21,779 nt of DNA, from positions 62,001 to 83,779 of the forward strand of contig MEDY01000088.1 in the NCBI GenBank assembly GCA_001724265.1. Reading direction: 5' to 3'. A program made the position numbers and the translations under genes. The notes under the pieces are model-generated. The model was not told where the DNA came from, searched no databases, and was given only the letters and a program-made list of their open reading frames with translations. Below are positions 18,473 through 21,779 of the stretch, one piece after another (position 1 is the first letter of the stretch; the number at the start of each line of letters is the position of its first letter). Origin of the DNA: Rhizaria sp. SCN 62-66 (Eukaryota).

Positions 18473-20279
18473 ATGTTTGCGCGCCTGCGCACAGCAAATG
18501 CTGTCCGGTGTTTCGCTCCCGTCGTCCCCCAATCCGCCGATGAGCTTCGCACCGCTGCGCTCTCCTGCTCCCATGGAGCTTCCCTGGTCTCTCAACGTGC
18601 TAAAGAGCGTACCAGCAGCAGTGTGACGGCCTGTCCCGCGGCGGCGTACCGCAACCCGGGCGGTCCGCTCTCCGCAAAGACCTTCGCGGCCACCACCCCC
18701 AAGGGCTCTACCAGCGGACCCAGCCCATCGTCGACCCGCGCTACAACAGTACGTTCTTCGCCTTTCCATGATCGTGCTTTGCTTCAAAATAGTGTGCTCT
18801 CGACTGCATAGCTCGTTTTTCTTGACATACTTTGAAGCTAGCCTTTAAGCCCTCTTTCTTCTTGCAGTATCAACTCCGTGAAAATCGTTTATTGCCTTCC
18901 CTCCGCTCCACGTGATTCTTGCACTCACACGTCGCCCGCACTTCGAACCCGCTTGCCCTACGCTCACACTAACTCCGCCACATTACCTATGATGTCTTCC
19001 TCTTATTCCCCCGGCTGCCTTTTTGCGTTGCGTTTTCACTGCCCCGCAGCGTCTGGAGCAACACAAGTCGTTCACCCGCGACGGCTACCTCGTCGTCAAG
19101 AACCTCTTCACGCCGGCCGAAGTCGCCGCTCTGCGCGACGAGATCACGGCCATCGCGCGCGGCCGCCACGGCGAGTTTGACGGCTACCTCCCCGCGGGCG
19201 GCCAGATGACGGACCTGGAGGCCGTGGGGCGGTATTCCCGCATCGAGTTCCCCCACAAGCTCGTCCCCGCGCTGCAGACGACGGTGATGCGCCACCCCAA
19301 GATCGTCGAAGTGCTCACCAACGTCATCGGCCCCGACATCAAGGCCATGTCGTCCAAGCTCTACATCGATGGTCCCGGCGCGCGTGGCCGCTCATGGCAC
19401 CAAGACGAGTCGGTCATCCCCACCCGCGACCGCTCTTTGGTCTGCGCTATCGTCGCGCTCGACGACCACATCGCAGAGACAGGCTGCTTGTTGGTCCACC
19501 CCGGCTCGCACAAGTCTGGCGTACTCTTCCGCGTCTCAGACCCACTCTCCGGCAGCTCAGCCAACTCCGCCTCTTCCTCCGCCGCCGCTGCGTCTGCGTC
19601 TGCCGCCGCGGCCGTGGCGGGGGCGGAGCACCTGGGCACGAGTCCCTCGGGCACCGCCGAGCCCCTGACCGCGGCCGAGTCTGCGCTGCTGTCGGACCCC
19701 GTGCTGCACCCTCCGGGCGGCGTCCCCACTCTTGCCAGCGCGCCCGGTGTGCACGTGGCGACTGCGTCCGAGTCCGAGTGCGCGAGCTGCTCCGAGGACG
19801 ACTCAGTGCGCGACGCCGGATTCGACAGCGACGACGCCGCGTCGGTCGAAAACGGCGTGCCGATCGAGCTCGCGACGGGGTCTGTGTTCTTTGTCAACGG
19901 GTACACGCTGTACCGCATGCTGCCGCAGCCCCCGCTGCCGGTCGCCGCAATCCCCGTCGTCGCCCCCGCCGCTCCCGCTACCGCGACTGCTGAGCCTGGT
20001 GCCGCTGCGACCGATGCGCCTGCCACTGCGCCCGCCGCTGCGGCTGTTGCTGCGGCGGAGAGTGCGAGTGTGGGCGTGCCGGTGACGTCGCTGCGGCGTG
20101 CACTTAAGGTGCACTACTGCAGCGCCAAGACGCTGCTGCCGTGGTGGATCGACAACCAGGTGCCGCCGACGCACGACAACCGCGACATCGTGATGGTGTC
20201 CGGGGTGGATCCCTACGCGTATAAGGGCATCACGGCCACGCTGTCCAAGCCCAGGGCCGTGCGCGCGGGACCCAAGTGA
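18473..20279 (+). CDS. Phytanoyl-CoA dioxygenase (PhyH) family 2OG-Fe(II) oxygenase-like protein, about 501 aa; exons 18473-18748 (tentative) and 19050-20279
   Basis: FTRDGYLVVKNLF, WHQDE (HxD), VALDD...TGCLLVHPGSH, GSVFFVNGY, RRAL..HY motifs. Donor GTACGT at 18749 and acceptor CCCCGCAG at 19049 join in phase 0. Exon 1 begins MFARLRTANAVRCF, like a presequence. Stop TGA. The 5' exon structure is less certain. Confidence 0.88.
18749..19049 (+). other. Probable spliceosomal intron, 301 nt, phase 0
   Basis: GTACGT donor, pyrimidine-rich body, CAG acceptor directly before the conserved domain; an internal alternative acceptor exists at 18867. Confidence 0.65.
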
Positions 20280-20901
20280 AACACGCAACAAGTCAAGCGC
20301 GCAGTCGGACTGTGACAGGCACTGACACGAAGTCTATGTTGTGAGTCTGTCTTCAGCGATCGCGGAGTAATAGAGTAACTGGGAGCGATCTGATTCGAAA
20401 CAAATTGTACACCAACGAGGCAAGTAAGGTCAAGGCAGGCAGGGCGTAGTGGAGGGCGTCGAGTCGAGTTGGGTTGGGTTGAGCTGTTGCTTGCTTTGTG
20501 TGTTTTGCGTAACACAGCAGTGACTTAGACGCTATTTTGTTACTCAGTACCTTATTTTATATCATTATCAACTTATATCCGAAGTAATTATAATTCTGTT
20601 TAATACAAATCACGCATTGATAGCTCTAAAAGCGATGAAATTCTTGATACATGTATATGCGTGTTTTTATGCTGTCAGATAGCAACGCTAGCCATACTAG
20701 TACGACGAGAGACTGATGCAACCGTTACCCGAATCTAACAAATTGGTGTATGCAATATACAGACGACTGTTCGAACTTCCTGTGATACTTTGAAAGGTTT
20801 CATTTATGTTTTAATGTGTCTTCTTAATTATATGTCCCGAAAATGATATTGTATCTCACTGTGACTCTTTCTTTTGATCCTCCTTCGACCGTGTAGGCAC
20901 G

Positions 20902-21421
20902 ATGAGCTCTGGTCACAAAGAGATCGGCCTTGCGTCGCTCGACATCGACGAGAGCGATCGCGCGATGCCCACCAAGGACCTCGTCCGTCTGGTCAGGTAC
21001 GCCCTACTTTTTACGCGCCTTCCGCCTCTTTCGCTTGTCTGTGTCCCTCTATTTCCTGTTGCTCATATCGTTTTCTCTCTCTCTCTTCTCTCTCTGGTGC
21101 TTTGTCTCCCGTGTCGTCCCGTCGCCCTCACCGCACCCTCACAGCAAGGACAAACACGAGTTCATTGTCCCGCGCGACGTGGTGATGACCTCCGGCACGA
21201 TCAAGGCGATCCTCACCGGCCGCGGTCTCTGGCGCGAGATCAGCGGCCCGATGCCCGTTGTCGAATTCCAGGAGATCTCCGGTCCTGTGCTAGAGAAGGT
21301 GATCCAGTACTTTTTCTACAAGAAGCTCTACGACAAGGCCACTGGTCCCATCCCGCCTTTCCCGCTTGACACGGATGGGTTGCTTGAGCTGCTTGATGCT
21401 GCCAACTTCCTCGACACGTGA
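20902..21421 (+). CDS. ELOC: Elongin C (Skp1/BTB family), 123 aa, 2 exons (20902-20996, 21145-21421)
   Basis: Spliced LVRLVSKDKHEFIVPR...SGTIKAIL...FQEISGPVLEKVIQYFFYK...IPPFPL...LLELLDAANFLDT matches the Elongin C pattern, including the terminal AANFLD. Stop TGA. Confidence 0.95.
20997..21144 (+). other. Elongin C intron, 148 nt, phase 2
   Basis: AG|GTACGC donor, CT-rich body, CTCACAG acceptor. Confidence 0.92.
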
Positions 21422-21779
21422 ATCAGAAACGGTCTCCCACTTCACGTGTGTGCATACTATTGTGAGCTCGTGTCCGATGTGAACGAGCCTTTAAGCAGGC
21501 CTGGCTTGTCGGCCTTTTATAGCGCGGCAGCCCGTATCAGTCTTTATCTGCCGCTGCTCCTGCAACTCTAATCCTGAAGTGGCAGGGCCACTCTCGAGAC
21601 AGACTCAATACACACAGCTCTGAACAAGCAAGCATGCTAAGTTTTGATAATGAACGTATAACTTTGTATGAGATGTTAATTAGTAACCATCGGTCCGTCG
21701 TAGGATGGCGCGGACCGGCCTCTGGGCCGTGGGGAGGGAGCCCAGAGGGATTTCGTTCAAGTCAAGTTGGCAACAAAAT

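Noticed and set aside
18868-18877. Possible 10-nt micro-exon in the PhyH gene (acceptor at 18867, GTGAAA donor)
   Set aside because: Including it breaks the frame from ATG 18473 and the donor is weak; direct 18748-19050 splicing is in frame.
139-20515. Many long antisense and alternative-frame ORFs over the main genes (e.g. 139-996 -, 3480-4187 -, 13507-14076 +, 17172-17831 -, 19361-20026 -)
   Set aside because: Expected shadows of GC-rich, codon-biased exons; Arg/Pro/Ala-rich with no recognisable motifs.
1-21779. Prokaryotic features (operon, CRISPR array, rRNA) or a tRNA, including a CUA-anticodon tRNA
   Set aside because: Spliceosomal introns and Elongin C/FYVE/SH3 genes show eukaryotic origin; no repeat-spacer array, rRNA or tRNA cloverleaf was recognised by eye.

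Overview
Gene-dense eukaryotic, probably protist, nuclear DNA: GC-rich exons, AT-richer spacers, and GT-AG introns mostly about 150-300 nt with a strong GTACGY donor. Gene models built by eye: (1) a 1345-aa FolD (methylene-THF dehydrogenase/cyclohydrolase) interrupted by an ~850-aa low-complexity insertion; (2,3) two tandem, highly diverged minus-strand paralogues with a Myb/SANT-trihelix-like N-terminal domain and a shared intron position; (4) an ~930-codon gene with an ARM-like helical region, a degenerate cyclophilin-like domain and a possibly frameshifted homeodomain-like tail; (5) a tentative small 3-exon gene; (6) a 3-exon bacterial-type HPRT; (7) an atypical FYVE + polyproline + SH3 protein; (8) a PhyH-family 2OG-Fe(II) dioxygenase whose distal iron-binding His is replaced by Tyr; (9) Elongin C. 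The main observation is that all seven confidently ended genes stop at TAA or TGA, while TAG occurs in frame inside otherwise continuous coding sequence (9648, 10143, 15735; possibly 12354 and 13351). This points to a variant nuclear code in which UAG alone is a sense codon, with Leu tentatively favoured over Gln. All family assignments come from motif recognition by eye; no searches were run.
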